From Phycisphaerae bacterium (GTDB lineage Bacteria > Planctomycetota > Phycisphaerae > UBA1845), in assembly GCA_963666835.2 (NCBI GenBank), contig CAXXGO010000006.1, forward strand, positions 96,001 to 160,000: a stretch of DNA of 64,000 bases, read 5' to 3'. Under the pieces are notes generated by a model. That model was not told the DNA's origin. It saw only the letters and a list, made by a program, of their open reading frames with translations, and searched no databases. Below are positions 39,838-50,292 of this stretch, piece after piece. The translations under genes were made by a program, and so were the position numbers. Position 1 is the first letter of the stretch; every line of letters begins with the position of its first letter.

Positions 39838-41295
39838 ATGCACCGCTTGACAGCTCAAACGATCTACCGCTCCCTTCCTGTGTTTCTGCAGAACACGGTT
39901 GTGTCTCTGCTGGGTTTGCGGATGCGTCGCCAGCGCTACGGGCGCGTCTTTCGTGATCGACTTGCGGCGCTGCGGGAATCGGAGTGGGGCAGCGCCGAAG
40001 ACATCGCCGAATACCACCGTGTACAACTTCGCGGGTTGATCGACCACTGCTACGAGACCGTTCCGTATTATCGAGAGCTGTTCGATGCGCAGGGCCTCAA
40101 ACCTGCGGATATTCGCGAGCCGAAGGATCTCGCCAAGCTGCCGGTGCTTACCAAAGAGGATGTCCGCCAGAACACCGACCGTCTGATCTCCCGCGCGTAC
40201 CGCAAGAAGGACCTGGTGAAAGGCCGCACTTCCGGGACCAGCGGCAAGGCCCTGGAGTTGTACTACACGCCCGAAGCGGTGCAATTCCAATGGGCGGTGT
40301 GGTGGCGGCATAAGGCGCGGTTCGGTCTGCGGCTGGGGGATCCGTTCCTGTCGTTCGGAGCGCGGGTGCCCATCCCGATCTCCCAGACCAAGCCTCCGTT
40401 CTGGCGTCGTAACCGAGCTTTCGCCCAGACGTACCTCTCCACCGGACACCTGACCCCCGAGTACATGCCGGAGATCGTCCGGTTCCTCAACAACAATGAC
40501 TTCGACTTCTACACCGGAAACCCGTCCGCCATGGCCGTGCTGGCCAACTTCATGCGCGATAACAACCTCCGCCTGACCAACCGGCCCAAGTACATCGTCA
40601 GCGGCGGCGCCGCCCTGCTCGCGTGTTTCGAGACGCTTCTGCAAGAGGTGTGGGGCGTGCCGGTTACCGAGCAGTACGGGACCGGCGAGTATTGCGTCAA
40701 CTATGCGAAATGTCAGCACGGCCTGTTCCACGAGGACTATGAGTTCGCGATCCCGGAGCTGTTGGAGAATCCGCACGACCCCCAAGGCGCCAGGCGGATC
40801 ATCTCCACCGGCCTGGCCAACCGGGCCATGCCGCTGATCCGCTACGAAACGGGAGACTTAGCCGTCCCGAGCGATGAACGTTGCCCCTGCGGTCGGGCCA
40901 CGCGCGTGATTCGCAGCGTCGACGGACGGACGGAGGACTACGTACGTACGCCGGATGGCAGGATGGCCATCGGCATGAACCAGGCGTTCGTGTGGGTCCC
41001 CGGTGCCAAGGAGATGCAGATCGTCCAGAACGAGCTCGAACGGATCGTCGTGAAGATCGTCAGGCGCGATTCATATTGCGAAGACGACACGCGGGCGCTC
41101 ATGCGCGAACTGCGCAACCGTCTGGGTGAGGTGATTACGATCGATTGCGAGTTTGTGGACGAGATCGCCCGGGCGCCGAACGGCAAATTCCGCGCTGTCG
41201 TGTCGACTTTGGGGAACATCCCGAACGAACGGCAAGCAAAGAACCGCGCTTCGACCGAGTCGCCGCGAAAAGCCGCGGAAGTCGGATCATTGTAG
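39838..41295 (+). CDS. Phenylacetate-CoA ligase-like / CapK family adenylate-forming enzyme
   Basis: VPYYRELF, LPVLTKE, TSGTSG, YGTGE, MPLIRYETGD, GRTED, GKFR. Confidence 0.9.
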   Translation: MHRLTAQTIYRSLPVFLQNTVVSLLGLRMRRQRYGRVFRDRLAALRESEWGSAEDIAEYHRVQLRGLIDHCYETVPYYRELFDAQGLKPADIREPKDLAKLPVLTKEDVRQNTDRLISRAYRKKDLVKGRTSGTSGKALELYYTPEAVQFQWAVWWRHKARFGLRLGDPFLSFGARVPIPISQTKPPFWRRNRAFAQTYLSTGHLTPEYMPEIVRFLNNNDFDFYTGNPSAMAVLANFMRDNNLRLTNRPKYIVSGGAALLACFETLLQEVWGVPVTEQYGTGEYCVNYAKCQHGLFHEDYEFAIPELLENPHDPQGARRIISTGLANRAMPLIRYETGDLAVPSDERCPCGRATRVIRSVDGRTEDYVRTPDGRMAIGMNQAFVWVPGAKEMQIVQNELERIVVKIVRRDSYCEDDTRALMRELRNRLGEVITIDCEFVDEIARAPNGKFRAVVSTLGNIPNERQAKNRASTESPRKAAEVGSL

Positions 41296-41316
41296 CAACC
41301 CAATTGCTCCCCGGTT

Positions 41317-41734
41317 GGGTGGCCCATCGCTTTAGCGGTGGGGGACTCGAACTGACACACGGGTGTCATGGGCTAACTTGTTAGCCCGTGGTCTGAATCT
41401 GGTCCGCGGCGCGGACCCTGCCCGCTTGCCCATGCCGCCCGCCCGGCGTAACACAAGCATCCTGCCTGCAAGAGCGTACGGCAGTTCTCGCGGTCCGCGG
41501 GCATTTGCGGCAGGTCTCGTACCTCGACTGTGCCCTACAGAAGTGTCACTTGGGTGGCATGGGTCAACTTGTTGACCCGTGGAGCGCGATGCGGCGCGGG
41601 CATCCCCGGGCAAGCTGGAACGGTCCATAACCCTAACGCGGAATCAAGTAACGAACGGTACTTCGCCGCGCGAATCGGCGACGCTTGCCCATGCCACCCT
41701 CGGCGGCAGGTCTCGTACCTCGACCGTGCCCTAC
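41317..41734. repeat. REP mosaic cluster (REP-C, two REP-B, two REP-A)
   Basis: REP-C 41317-41344; covariant REP-B 41361-41390; REP-A 41509-41538; REP-B 41552-41581; REP-A 41705-41734. Confidence 0.9.
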
Positions 41735-41949
41735 GGGATCGGCGTAACCGGGGCATCCCACCTGTCGAATTCCATCCAACACGCGAGACCTGGATTCCAA
41801 ACACCTTCAGACGGGTCCGCCCCGGCACCACGGTGGCGTCTTCTTCAAACGGCCGTTACCATAATCGCTTCGGTAAGACGTGATTCATCCCGGCCGCCGG
41901 CCGTGCTGAAGGAACTGCATCGAACCATCTTTTGTCGAGGGACTGATCC

Positions 41950-43323
41950 GTGATTGACCAGGTTATTGCCCACATCGAGTCGAAGAAAGACGCCAACATC
42001 CAACGTATGATCGATCTGCTGCGGATCCCGAGTATCTCCACCGATTCCGAGCACAAGCCGGACATGGTCCGGGCCGCCGAGTGGGTCCGCGACTTCTTCG
42101 ATAAGGCGGGGATGGAATGCGAGATCATAAGCACGCCGGGGCACCCGGCCGTGCTGGCCGACAGCGGCCCTGTCGCCACCGGCGGCCCCACGGTGCTGAT
42201 CTATGGGCACTATGACGTGCAGCCTACTGGGGATGAATCGTTGTGGGACTCGCCGGCGTTCGAGCCTACGGTTCGCGACGGCGCGGTCTTTGCCCGCGGA
42301 TCCGCGGACGACAAGGGGCAGGTTCTGGCGCAGATGGTCGCCGCGGAAAGCTGGATGAAGGTGGCCGGCAAGCCGCCTATCAGGGTCAAGTTCCTCGTCG
42401 AAGGCGAAGAAGAGGTCGGATCGGCCAACTTGGAGGAGGTCATCCGCACGCACCGCGAACGCCTCGCCTGCGATTACGTCGCTCTCTCTGATACGCCGAA
42501 GTTCGACGCGCGGGTCCCGGCCATCACCTACGGTACGAAGGGCATGGTCTATAAGGAGATACTGATCTACGGGCCGAAACAGAATCTCCACAGCGGATCA
42601 TTCGGCGGAACGCTGGCCAACCCCGGGAACGTACTCGCGGCAATCATCAGCTCGCTCAAAAACGCCGACAACCGGGTGACCATTCCGGGCTACTACGACG
42701 ATGTCCGCGAGCTGACGGACCAGGAACGAACGAACATCAAAAACCTGCCGTTCGATGAAAAGGGATACCTCGCCGCGACGGGGGCGCCCGGGCTGCTGTG
42801 CGAGAAGGGCTTCAGTACCCTGGAAAGCCGCTGGGCTCGGCCGACCTTGGACGTCAACGGACTATTCGGCGGCTTCACTGGCGAGGGGGCGTCAACCGTA
42901 ATCCCGGCGAAGGTCATGGGGAAGGTGTCCATGCGTATCGTGCCGGATCAGGACCCCGAGAAGATCTCGGCCGCATTCGACCAGGCCGTCCGGGCCGCAA
43001 CCCCCGACTCGGTCAGGCTGGAGATCAAGACCCACGCAACTTGCCCGGCCTACGTGGGCAACCTCGATTCTCCCGGAATGAAGGCCGCGGCCGCGGCAAT
43101 GCAAGCGGGGTTTGGAGTGGCTCCTTTCTTCACCCGTGAGGGCGGTTCTTTGCCGATCCTGCCGCTGTTCAAGGAGGTCCTCGGGGCGGACTCCCTTATG
43201 ATGGGTTTCTGCCATCCGGACTGCAACGCACACGGCCCGAACGAGTTCTTCGGGCTGGACGACTTCCACAACGGAACCAAGACCGGGGCGCACTTTATGC
43301 GCCTGCTGGCGGATGGGAAGTAA
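41950..43323 (+). CDS. M20 family metallo-dipeptidase
   Basis: YGHYDVQP, RGSADDKGQ, EGEEE, LHSG, GGSLP, AHGPNE. Confidence 0.94.
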   Translation: MIDQVIAHIESKKDANIQRMIDLLRIPSISTDSEHKPDMVRAAEWVRDFFDKAGMECEIISTPGHPAVLADSGPVATGGPTVLIYGHYDVQPTGDESLWDSPAFEPTVRDGAVFARGSADDKGQVLAQMVAAESWMKVAGKPPIRVKFLVEGEEEVGSANLEEVIRTHRERLACDYVALSDTPKFDARVPAITYGTKGMVYKEILIYGPKQNLHSGSFGGTLANPGNVLAAIISSLKNADNRVTIPGYYDDVRELTDQERTNIKNLPFDEKGYLAATGAPGLLCEKGFSTLESRWARPTLDVNGLFGGFTGEGASTVIPAKVMGKVSMRIVPDQDPEKISAAFDQAVRAATPDSVRLEIKTHATCPAYVGNLDSPGMKAAAAAMQAGFGVAPFFTREGGSLPILPLFKEVLGADSLMMGFCHPDCNAHGPNEFFGLDDFHNGTKTGAHFMRLLADGK

Positions 43324-43543
43324 GGCCGGCAGTTCATTGGCACTGTCAATCTGCCACTCTCAATGCCGGAGTGCCGTTGCCGTGGTTTTCTTGCCGCGTC
43401 CGGTGGATTGAATGACCGATATCGGCAGGGTGGCGCTATGGGTGCGCCGAGGCCATTGCTTGCATTGCCTGCCTGCTCGCGAGTACGTTAGCAAGCGGCG
43501 GCCGACGAATCGTTTGGGCGTGCCCGGAGTAGAGGAGCCGATC

Positions 43544-44422
43544 ATGTTGCGTATGCGAGTTGCTACGATTGCCGTGTTGCTGTGCGGCGGGCTGGCCGGT
43601 TCGGCGCGGGCCGATATGTTCCGTGATATTGGCTATGGCTTGCTCTACGCCGGTTTCAACATCGAGGGCGATCGGAATTACGCCAGCGGCGGGGCGGATT
43701 TCCTCATCAACCGCCAGCTTCTGGGTAACACGATTGACTTCGGGCCGTCGGATCTGACTGTCGCCGGGCCCGTATCGTTGTCGGCGTCTTACGGCGGGCG
43801 GTTTCTCAGCACGTTCGACGTCTCGTTCCGCACGGCGTTGGACCGTTGGAGCGAAGCGGAACCGCTAACGTACGTGCTTAACTCCGACGTGGGTAATCAG
43901 ACGGCCCAGATCAGCGGGAGTCTGTATGTCGATGCCAATCTCTCCGTGAATGAACTGGGTTTTTATGACATAGACCTGACGTACTCGTCCCGGCAGGACG
44001 CGAACACGCGGGGACGTTTCGCCAACGAGAACGAAGACAACGACTTCGACGTGGGCCCGATCAACATCTCCGGCAATGTCTTCGCCGACGCTCTGGCACT
44101 GCTGACCGCTCCGCTTTTCGACGCAACCGGTACGGTCAACGTGTTCTCCGAATTCAGCGGGGCGTACAGCTTAGCCAGTTTAGCCCAGGACGACATCTCC
44201 GAAACGCTTCGCCAACTGGCCGAAGGCACCGCTTTGAGTGATTCCAGTATGATTGTTCCGGATAGTGCCAAATTAGCGTCACTATTGGCGGCGGAACAAG
44301 GCTCGGGCAACAGTGACGCCGCCCCGTCGCGGTTTGCGGATACGGTCGTGCCGGAGCCGGCCGTGTTGGTCCTGCTGCTGGCCGGCGCCCCGTTCGTATT
44401 CCGTCGGCGCTCGGCCCGCTGA
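43544..44422 (+). CDS. PEP-CTERM sorting-domain protein
   Basis: GAGGAG RBS, signal peptide ending ARA, C-terminus VPEP + TM + RRRSAR. Confidence 0.88.
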   Translation: MLRMRVATIAVLLCGGLAGSARADMFRDIGYGLLYAGFNIEGDRNYASGGADFLINRQLLGNTIDFGPSDLTVAGPVSLSASYGGRFLSTFDVSFRTALDRWSEAEPLTYVLNSDVGNQTAQISGSLYVDANLSVNELGFYDIDLTYSSRQDANTRGRFANENEDNDFDVGPINISGNVFADALALLTAPLFDATGTVNVFSEFSGAYSLASLAQDDISETLRQLAEGTALSDSSMIVPDSAKLASLLAAEQGSGNSDAAPSRFADTVVPEPAVLVLLLAGAPFVFRRRSAR

Positions 44423-44527
44423 GCTCTTCTGATCGCTTCTTCGGCAAAAGGGCCGGCCGCGCCTGCGAGTCGGCTACTCTCGCAAGCACGGCCGGAGCGA
44501 GCGAGCCATGTCTGGTGAGGCTTTTGC

Positions 44528-46735
44528 CTACGGCAGCTCCTCGATCCCGTGGGCTCCGCGTACGTAGGCGACGAAGTGCTTACCCCACGAGGGTATCCGG
44601 GCGTTGAACGGCGTGGGGTAGAAGCAGACGACTTCGGCCCGGTCCCACGGAGCGTATTCCTCCGGATGAGCGGCGTAGTAGGGATCGTTGATCTGCGCTC
44701 CGAGCTGCCAGGACAGCGCCGTGTCGTAGTCGTGATCTACCACCCACTTGCGCGACCGCTCCCCGGCCCGGGCCCAGCCGGCGGCCAGCGAAACCCACGG
44801 CATCACGCTGCTGATGCCGTGATCGTCGGCCTTGAGGCAGTTTCTCCGGAAGGATTCGACCATCGTGTTGACGTACCAGGGTAGATAGAAGTCCGTGCTG
44901 AAGTAATCCCCCATCTCGTTCAGCGTATAGAATCTCTCTTGGCACCACGTCGTATGGTCCTCGCACGGGATGATGGCTCCGCGCAGGTAACGTTCGATCC
45001 GGGCGTCCGGGAACAGCTCTCGAGCTATTGAGTATATTGCGTTGTGCTTGACATCAATCGCTTCGTTCCACTCCTGCCAGCCGTCGTCTCCTTCGCGCTT
45101 GGTGAAGAAACGCTCCGACTCGAGAATGATCGCCGAGATTTCGATCGAGGCTCCGTAGGCCTTGTTGGCATCGGCCACCCACTGTTTGAACTGCTCTGCG
45201 GTGGTCCGGAAGAACTCGATCTCCGCGTCGTGGTCCGGTCCCATGTCGGTGGGCGGGGCGTCTTCGGGAAAGACCATGTGCCAAGGGGAGAAGTTGAGCG
45301 CGATCGTCGCCGGGATATCCGGGTGCGTGTTGTTGACCTGCCGGCACGCCTCGACCGCGGTGTAGACGTCCGTTTCCTGAGGCCACCGGGTGCGCACGCT
45401 GCACGCGTTGGTAATCCGCACAAACTCGTACATCAGCGGATTGAGCGGTTGGCGATACAAGAACGGCTCGACCGCGTACGAGTAGTGGACTTTGGGAAGC
45501 GGATCCAGCTCCTGCAGCCAGGCCAGGACCTGCGCCTCCGTCGGATCCGCGCGGTCTTCGGTCACCGTGACGAAGACCTCGTCCGTGGCCGACACCTCCT
45601 CTTGAGTGACGACAAGCTGGAAACTAACGACGAGCGGCTCGAGTTCGATTTCGGGGGCGGTAAACGAGATCACCTCGGCGTACGGGTCGGCGACCGCAAC
45701 CGCAGGACCCCATGTTTGAGTCCAATGATAAGCCAGAGGGTCTGAGCCCGTTCCAAAGCTCTCTGCGGCGCTTAGAGTCACCGACGCACCACTCCGAACC
45801 GGCTGGTCCGGTCCCGCATCGGCCGTGACTACCGGCAGCGGCTCAACATTGTCGTCGCGCGGGTTGACCAGGATTTCCACCAGATCGCTGGCAACCAAGT
45901 CGTTTTGAGACACGTCCAACCGGAACACCAGCAGCACCGGCTCGTCAACTTCCTCGGGAGCCTCGAAGACCGGCATCGCACTGGAAGAGTCGTTTAGGTC
46001 TACGTCCGGACCGTCGGCCTGGGTCCACGCAAACACCAACACGCCATCCTCACTTCCGCCGCTCCCGGAGCCGTCGAGCACGACGTCATCACCGGCAACC
46101 ACGGACTGACGAGGGCCCGCTTCGGCAAATAACTGGTATGATGACGTACTGCTGTCACTAGGATCGTCATCCACAATGTCGATCGGATCCGCGGACGGCT
46201 CGTTGCTCGAATCCGACGTCGCGGGCGGCGGTGAAATGCTAATGGCCACGACACCCTGATCGTCGAAGCCAAGAGAAAGTGTCTGAGTCGCGGTGAGGAT
46301 CGAACCATCGTTCAGGTGGATCTTGAGAGTGATCTCGTAGTCACCGGCCCATTGATAAGTATGATTCGCCACCGGACCTTCGCCAACGCGGTCGTCTCCG
46401 AACTCCCAGGAGTACTTGACAATGTTGGCGGAATCCACGCCGGTTACCTGGGCATCCAGTTCTATCGAAAGCGGATTACAGCAGAACCCCGGACCCGCAC
46501 TGATCGCCACGTTCGGCGGGGTCTCATCGACGCCGGCAGGACCGATGATCGGATCCTCCCCGGCGGCCGCGGTGATGTTCTGGTTCAACGTCGGACGATC
46601 GGTTTGTCCGTCGTCGGATGGCGTTCCCCCGCAGCCGATCACCGCGGTAAGCCCTGGGGCGCAAAGCAAGCTCCAGACGCTCAATCGGTAACGCCGGCGC
46701 GCGTGGTATACGGGTGGCATCGTGTTCCGGCTCAT
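44528..46735 (-). CDS. PKD-domain lipoprotein with uncharacterised C-terminal domain
   Basis: VIGC lipobox; YSWEFGD..HTY..AGDY PKD; two AGPxQxV...WTQxxGP repeats; about 340-aa aromatic-rich C-terminal domain. Confidence 0.8.
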   Translation of the reverse strand: MSRNTMPPVYHARRRYRLSVWSLLCAPGLTAVIGCGGTPSDDGQTDRPTLNQNITAAAGEDPIIGPAGVDETPPNVAISAGPGFCCNPLSIELDAQVTGVDSANIVKYSWEFGDDRVGEGPVANHTYQWAGDYEITLKIHLNDGSILTATQTLSLGFDDQGVVAISISPPPATSDSSNEPSADPIDIVDDDPSDSSTSSYQLFAEAGPRQSVVAGDDVVLDGSGSGGSEDGVLVFAWTQADGPDVDLNDSSSAMPVFEAPEEVDEPVLLVFRLDVSQNDLVASDLVEILVNPRDDNVEPLPVVTADAGPDQPVRSGASVTLSAAESFGTGSDPLAYHWTQTWGPAVAVADPYAEVISFTAPEIELEPLVVSFQLVVTQEEVSATDEVFVTVTEDRADPTEAQVLAWLQELDPLPKVHYSYAVEPFLYRQPLNPLMYEFVRITNACSVRTRWPQETDVYTAVEACRQVNNTHPDIPATIALNFSPWHMVFPEDAPPTDMGPDHDAEIEFFRTTAEQFKQWVADANKAYGASIEISAIILESERFFTKREGDDGWQEWNEAIDVKHNAIYSIARELFPDARIERYLRGAIIPCEDHTTWCQERFYTLNEMGDYFSTDFYLPWYVNTMVESFRRNCLKADDHGISSVMPWVSLAAGWARAGERSRKWVVDHDYDTALSWQLGAQINDPYYAAHPEEYAPWDRAEVVCFYPTPFNARIPSWGKHFVAYVRGAHGIEELP

Positions 46736-47248
46736 ACTTCAATCCCCCTCGAACAGGCAGTGTGTATCGTGGCAGGCGGACCCTGGCACCGACGGACACG
46801 TCGCTTCACTCGTGCGACGTTCCGTCCCCGGACCAGAACTTCCCTAGCGCAATGTCCGACCGCTTGCTTCGAGCGGTCGACGCGGTGGGAAACCGGCGGC
46901 AGAATTCCTACAGTTTACGTAGTTTCACTATACCACTCTACTTGACAGGGTAAGATACGCATGTGGGCCGGGCAACCAACGGCAGCCCCGGAACGGACGG
47001 CGAAGTCCAATACCTACACGGTCCCATTCTCTTGCGTGGAGGCGTTGCCGGTATTGGACGATCAGATATCGGAACGGCGCAGTCCGTCATCGCTGATCTG
47101 AGTCTGATATGTCCGGCGGCATCACCGGGAGTGATCTTGCTTGAACGAGTATCCTGCCCATACCATCAAGCGCGGCCTGTGTGGATGCGATGCAAATCAG
47201 TGCGTAAGAGCACCCCGTGCTTTCCACGGTGGTGGCCGCCTGGTCGGT

Positions 47249-49921
47249 ATGCGCAAGTCGGAGCCTGTAGTGAGGCGAAGCTGCACGCCATTGTGGTTCG
47301 TTCTGGGGCTGATCGCAGGGGTCTGCGCCCTGCCGGTCCGCGCCGAGGTCCTACTTGTACCCGAGCAATATCCGGTAATTCAGGCGGCTCTGGACGCGGC
47401 GGTGGATGGTGATGAGGTGGTGCTGGCGCCCGGTGCGTACTCCGGCCAGGGGAATCGTGATCTGGACGTAGCCGGCAAGAGCGTCGTTGTGCGTAGCCGG
47501 GACCCGTTCGATAACTTGGTTGTGGCCGCCACCGTGCTGGATTGCGAAGGTGATGCGGATGACCCCCATCGGGCCTTTGCCTTTCGTTGCGGAGAGAGCT
47601 GGGATACCCAGGTTATGGGACTCACCATAATAAACGGGTATGCACCGCCCGAGGCAATCGGAGGGCGGAACCGGCCGACGGGAGGGGCGATCGTGTGCGT
47701 TGGTAGCGATCCGACGATCTCCCGTTGCGTCCTCACGGGGAACGCGGCCGACAGAGGCGGGGCGATAGCCTGCTGGGATGGGGCGAGCCCGCTTATCACC
47801 GATTCGACCTTTGTAGACAACGCTGCGGCAATCGATGGTGGCGCGATCATCGCCCGTGACTCAAGCGCCGTTCTGCAGGATTGCGTGATTCGCTCGAGCG
47901 GGGGCGGCGGTGCGGCCGTTCATGTGGGGGGATCCGGAGCAGCGACGATTCACGGTTGTGTTTTCGACAACAACTCCGGAAGTGCCATCTTCTCGACCCA
48001 GGAGGCACCGCTTGTTTCAAACACCCGAGTAAGCGGGAATGAGACGGACGACGCCGGGGCCGTGCGTCTTATGGGCAGCAGCGCGGCGCTTAGAAACTGC
48101 CTTATTAACGGGAACGCCGGGGGAGGTCTTCGGATGTTTGGGGCCGAGCCGTCCCTGCTCGGGTGTACCGTCACCGGCAACACCGACGCGGAGACCGTCG
48201 ACGGTCCGGTGTGGATCGACACGCCTGACCAGCTCGCCAACGTCCCCGGCGGATCGAACGGTGTGTACGGTTTCGTCTGCGGTTACTGGCGTGACAAGCT
48301 GTGGGGATATCGCTTTCGCCGACTGGTCTCGTTCGACGGGGAGTCATTTGCGGACGGCGCGAACACGGTGCCGACGAATATCCCGCGGATCCCGTACTTC
48401 AACGACGCCGGCGCGTTCGTTTACTCCTATCGTGACGGTTTAGGGTATCTCGAAAAGTCCATCGACGGAGTTGAACCGTTCGAGATCAAGTTGCCCGGCG
48501 CGACATCGATCCACGCGCTCCCGCGTTCGCTCGTGTATTGCGGGCCTACCGATATGCATCCCGGCGGAGTCATGTTCTTCTTCGAGTACCCCGGTGCGAT
48601 ACCGTACCTTTATGCCAGCACCGACAACGGTGAGACCTGGACAACGCTCTTTCGTTGTGCCTACAAGTCGATTCGCCACTTCCATGGCGGCGTGTTTGCA
48701 CCAGGGCTCGGGGAGCATGAGGGGCGGCTTTACGTCCTCACCGGTGATGATAGCTACGAAAGCTCGATCCTGACGTGCGACGACATTGACGACTTGCTGG
48801 CCAACCCCCTTGTCTGGAAGCAGCGCTGGGGTCTGGATGTTGCCTACGATCATCTCCTGGACCCGGCGTATACCATTAACGACAACCTCGACGACGCCGG
48901 GCGTCCGACCACGCAGGACTTCCGGAGTGTAGACCTGTTGATCGCAAGTGACGGCTACGCCTACTGGGCGGTAGACTCGGCGCTTCCCAGCGGGCAGCAC
49001 GTCTTTCGCGTCAATCAGGAAACCAGAGCGGTCGAGAGAATCGGCACCGAAAACGTGATCGGGTCCGGCTGGATCTGGATGGAGACTTCCCAGGGCGAAG
49101 TGCTCTTCACCACCGGGTCGGAATCAACTGCGGGCCACCCCATGGCGGGTCATGACGCTTACGCTCATCTTTACGCGCTTACGGACGACCGGCGGGATTT
49201 CGTCGAGCTGCGGCGGTGGATCAGAACTGACAGCGCCGAGCCTTCCGGCGCCTTGCTGGCCGGGTACATGTCCGAGGCGTTCGGGCATCTTTGGGTGGGC
49301 GTGGCGGCCGGGAGTATCGAGTACGGCAGTTGGAACATGGTTGGGCGGATCGAATCGTACCCGGAACCGCGGGGCGCCGGCGTGCACGCCTTCGACAGCA
49401 CGTGGACCGCCCGGAACTCGATCTTCTGGGGCAACCACTGGGAAGGAGTGTCTCCCGAGGAGTCGCTGCAAACGGGCGGCGGTACGCCGGGAATCACGTA
49501 TAGTTGTATCGGCGGCTTGTCGCGATCCGGCGGGCGCCCGGCCAACATCAACGCCGATCCGCGCTTTGTCGACCCGGTCGGAGCAGACGGGCTCACCGGC
49601 ACGGACGACGATGACTTGCGCCTGCTTTCCGACTCGCCGTGTATCAACAAGGGAGACGGCGGCACGAACACCTTACCCGATGAGACCGATCTGGACGGCT
49701 TCCCGCGGATTCTGTGCGACCGGATCGACATGGGGGCTTATGAGTTCGGGATCGGTGACGAGAATTGTGACAGAGTTGTGTCTCTTAAGGACTTCACCTT
49801 CTGGGCCGAGTGCATGGACGGGCGGTGCGATTGCAGGGCCTTCGATTTCGACGCCGACGGGACAATAGACCTTCGCGACTTCGCCGGTTTCCAACAAGTG
49901 CTCGACACCCCCACCCCGTAA
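47249..49921 (+). CDS. Secreted beta-helix protein with inserted Asp-box propeller-like domain and dockerin-like tail
   Basis: VPEQYPVIQAALDAAVDGDEVVLAPGAY, GGAI rungs, DPRFVD...DDLRLLSDSPCINKGD, IDMGAYE; STDNGETW Asp-box; DFDADGTIDLRDFAGFQ. Confidence 0.85.
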   Translation: MRKSEPVVRRSCTPLWFVLGLIAGVCALPVRAEVLLVPEQYPVIQAALDAAVDGDEVVLAPGAYSGQGNRDLDVAGKSVVVRSRDPFDNLVVAATVLDCEGDADDPHRAFAFRCGESWDTQVMGLTIINGYAPPEAIGGRNRPTGGAIVCVGSDPTISRCVLTGNAADRGGAIACWDGASPLITDSTFVDNAAAIDGGAIIARDSSAVLQDCVIRSSGGGGAAVHVGGSGAATIHGCVFDNNSGSAIFSTQEAPLVSNTRVSGNETDDAGAVRLMGSSAALRNCLINGNAGGGLRMFGAEPSLLGCTVTGNTDAETVDGPVWIDTPDQLANVPGGSNGVYGFVCGYWRDKLWGYRFRRLVSFDGESFADGANTVPTNIPRIPYFNDAGAFVYSYRDGLGYLEKSIDGVEPFEIKLPGATSIHALPRSLVYCGPTDMHPGGVMFFFEYPGAIPYLYASTDNGETWTTLFRCAYKSIRHFHGGVFAPGLGEHEGRLYVLTGDDSYESSILTCDDIDDLLANPLVWKQRWGLDVAYDHLLDPAYTINDNLDDAGRPTTQDFRSVDLLIASDGYAYWAVDSALPSGQHVFRVNQETRAVERIGTENVIGSGWIWMETSQGEVLFTTGSESTAGHPMAGHDAYAHLYALTDDRRDFVELRRWIRTDSAEPSGALLAGYMSEAFGHLWVGVAAGSIEYGSWNMVGRIESYPEPRGAGVHAFDSTWTARNSIFWGNHWEGVSPEESLQTGGGTPGITYSCIGGLSRSGGRPANINADPRFVDPVGADGLTGTDDDDLRLLSDSPCINKGDGGTNTLPDETDLDGFPRILCDRIDMGAYEFGIGDENCDRVVSLKDFTFWAECMDGRCDCRAFDFDADGTIDLRDFAGFQQVLDTPTP

Positions 49922-50148
49922 CCCCGGCCGGCGGGTGCCCCATCCGCCCTGAGTTATATCGCAGCAAAGAAGAGGCACCGCATCCAGATGAAGTTGCGGC
50001 ATGCGCACCATACCCTGGGCGAAGGGTGGGGGACTGACCGGGTGGCTCACGTCCTCTTGTCTTTGCCATGCGTTTCGAACCTTCGCGGATCGTTCAAGGC
50101 CGTTTCCGCCGGACGTCAACGAGCCGATGATCAGCCGTCGACAAACGC

Positions 50149-50178
50149 GGCAGGTCTCGTACCTCGACGCGGCCCTAC
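50149..50178 (-). repeat. REP-A copy (degenerate)
   Basis: GGCAGGTCTCGTACCTCGACGCGGCCCTAC. Confidence 0.8.
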
Positions 50179-50292
50179 ATGGCCGCGGCACTGGCCTACG
50201 GATTGACGGGCGCGCTCCGGGACGGTAAGAACAGCCCCTCGACCGCGAAAGGGCGGGTGCCCGCGGGCGGTATTTGGGTGGGGAGATACACC

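Noticed and set aside
48190..49365. Intein as the explanation for the in-frame insertion
   Set aside because: No N-terminal Cys/Ser block, C-terminal His-Asn or LAGLIDADG motifs.
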